From assembly GCF_031769215.1 (NCBI RefSeq), contig NW_026782032.1, positions 186,001 to 250,000 of the forward strand: a DNA stretch of 64,000 bases, read 5' to 3'. Numbering within the stretch: position 1 is the first letter of the stretch; every line of letters begins with the position of its first letter. Made by a program: the position numbers and the translations under genes. The notes beneath the pieces were generated by a model. The model was not told the DNA's origin. It saw nothing but the letters and a program-made list of their open reading frames with translations, and searched no databases. Positions 61,713 through 64,000 of the stretch are shown here, in pieces. The DNA comes from Ylistrum balloti (lineage: Eukaryota).

Positions 61713-63843
61713 TTTGACAGGTTTGTTTTCTCTAACTTGTCATAGGCCTTGATCAATGATTAAAATATATTTAATTTGAGAGGCAAATGCAATATTCTGT
61801 TTGAAGTGAGTTTTTCTTCACAGGAAGCAGTTCTATTCCATAAAAACTTTACATATTAAAGGATAGGATTAACTAAAACAATTCGTTGCTAGCATACAAC
61901 TGCCTTAGGTTAAGGTACTGATGCTTTACTTCGCTTCATAAGAACTGGTTTAGAGAATAGATACATGTGTTGTACCTGTTTTAATATACCCTAACTTGAT
62001 AATTAGCTCTCGACTCCTTGAGCAAAGGCACTGTACACAAACCCAAAAATAGCCAGATGTAAAAATTAAAGAATGTATGTAAGACACTCATGCTTCTGCT
62101 ACACAGGTATTAATGGCCACCACATTTCTATAGATAGTAACACTGACCTTTGAACCAGGAAACATAAAAATCATCCAAGACCTTGTCATAGTCTCAGCAT
62201 ATGTTTAATCAAAATCCCATGAGAAATGATGTTCTATAATCATGGCGTTCATTCAGGATGGAACAGACAAGGATAACACTACTTTATACCCCCTACCTCC
62301 ACCTTGCCACCTCCCATAAAAATGGAACATTAGAAGGTTACTAGACTTACAGTGCCAGCAAATAAGTACCTGGTACAGTTGTAGTAACTACAAAGTAATG
62401 ATCACTGTTGATGGGTAGGAAATCAAGATACACAGATAAAAGTATGGCTTAAAATGTTTATTTCTATTATCACAATAACATATTGTTGTACTATATACTA
62501 ACTATGATTCACATGTCTACCATTTGTAACACCTCAATATTATTGTAATCCGAGGATAAGACCAGGAAACTAGAAATAAGAATTTCTATCATGGTAGACA
62601 TGTTCTCAAAACACAAATCTTTTCAAGAGAAATATCACAAGAAAGATATCAAACTGCGTTTACACGTTTTGATAATCCTGGGATCCAGTACACACAATCT
62701 GATAACATACTTATGTACCAATTTTGAAATCAAGGTCTTTCTACATATAACTTCATTCTAAAAGTTCATTTTTTCTGAAAAAAGAAGCACACACTAAAAG
62801 ACATCTCCTTCAATATATTTTTTAGCAATGTCACCAATATATACTCATATGTTTTAAACCATGTTAATTACAAATCTTATACACAAGCTAATGACTCAAT
62901 GATACAGAGAATGTTCGACAAAGTCAAGTTACACATAACCACCCATACACAAAAAAGACCATAAAGGAAACAGAGAAGAAATGAGGAAGTATGGAAAGTA
63001 GATACATAAAACAATAGGTGAAATTCTAAAATAGTGATAACATTTCATTTGAGTGAAGGCATGATTAAGTGTTATAATTACAAATGAGTGCAAAATTACT
63101 ATAATACAGTTCTGTCTTTAATCTTTCACTCACTCATCCATACTCCTATCAATTCTACATTAATATGTCATGCTATTCTGTTTAACTGTACATGCCATAT
63201 CAATGATTTTATAAACAAGAATATGACAAATACAATGACATATCAAAAATTTGTTTGATGAAAGTTGTTCAAAGTCAAAGAAATCCGATGTCTGATACAT
63301 ATGATTAAAGAAAGGCTTAAGTTGTTGTCCTAGACAAAGAAGCAGTTGGCACTGTCTATTACAGAAGGGATTTGATTCTCAATACTGTCTATAACAGAAG
63401 TGCTATAGGACGAACACAACTGCATACTTTCTGATTTGAATAAATCTACCTACTCATCTCAAAAAATAACAAATACAGCATGTGTTCTCAAAAAGAAAGT
63501 GATTTAAAACTAAATGCTGATGTATATCTTACAATTATCCAATACATGAACAATTCAAGATGAAAAAATAAACATGTACCAAGAGTGATTTGAACATATT
63601 CAGATATCTCCAAATGTTGATAAGCATACACCTCCTGAATGATCAATAATAAAGGTGAAGAAACTATGCGTGTCTTGTAATTAAGATCAAGTATGGTAAG
63701 TCAAACAAAAGTTTACACAGGATTAATAATTAATATACATGCAATCCAAATGATAAACATTCAGATGTCTCTCAAAATGATAAATAATACACTTGCATTT
63801 GAAATAACTGATGTTAACATGTATATCGAAATGATTAAAGATT

Positions 63844-64000
63844 AATATATACATGAACTTCAATGGTCAATAAGGTACACTAACAAGTGTCTCGAAATGA
63901 TTTAAGATTCATATATACATGAACTTCAATGGTCAATAAGGTACACTAACAAGTGTCTCGAAATGATTTAAGATTCATATATACATGAACTTCAATAGTC
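63844..64000. repeat. 66-bp tandem repeat running off the window end
   Basis: atatatacatgaacttcaatggtcaataaggtacactaacaagtgtctcgaaatgatttaagattc, two copies plus the start of a third. Confidence 0.9.

Overview
AT-rich eukaryotic genomic DNA with spliceosomal introns; the repeat families and gene content suggest a mollusc, probably a bivalve (inference). The left half holds a dispersed tandem cluster of four intronless, non-canonical nicotinic-acetylcholine-receptor-like (Cys-loop) genes: three intact and one doubly frameshifted. An aerolysin/ETX-MTX2 (LIN-24-like) pore-forming-protein gene with an acidic decapeptide-repeat tail sits between the first two. The right half has a multi-exon gene for a small secreted cationic protein made of single-exon Cys-rich (VWC-like) modules, a 5-exon flavin-containing monooxygenase, and a 7-exon PSMG2 head-to-head with it. 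Between those two lies a decayed, possibly tyrosine-recombinase-like ORF with repeat arrays. The ORF track misses two families of minimal type I hammerhead-ribozyme motifs: family A as co-oriented pairs at about 16.6/17.0 kb, 26.2/27.0 kb and 42.6/43.2 kb, and family B as an inverted pair at 39.2/40.4 kb. These resemble retrozyme or Penelope-like-element ends. The rest is LINE, SINE and MITE fragments and many minisatellites. All calls are by eye; no searches were run.
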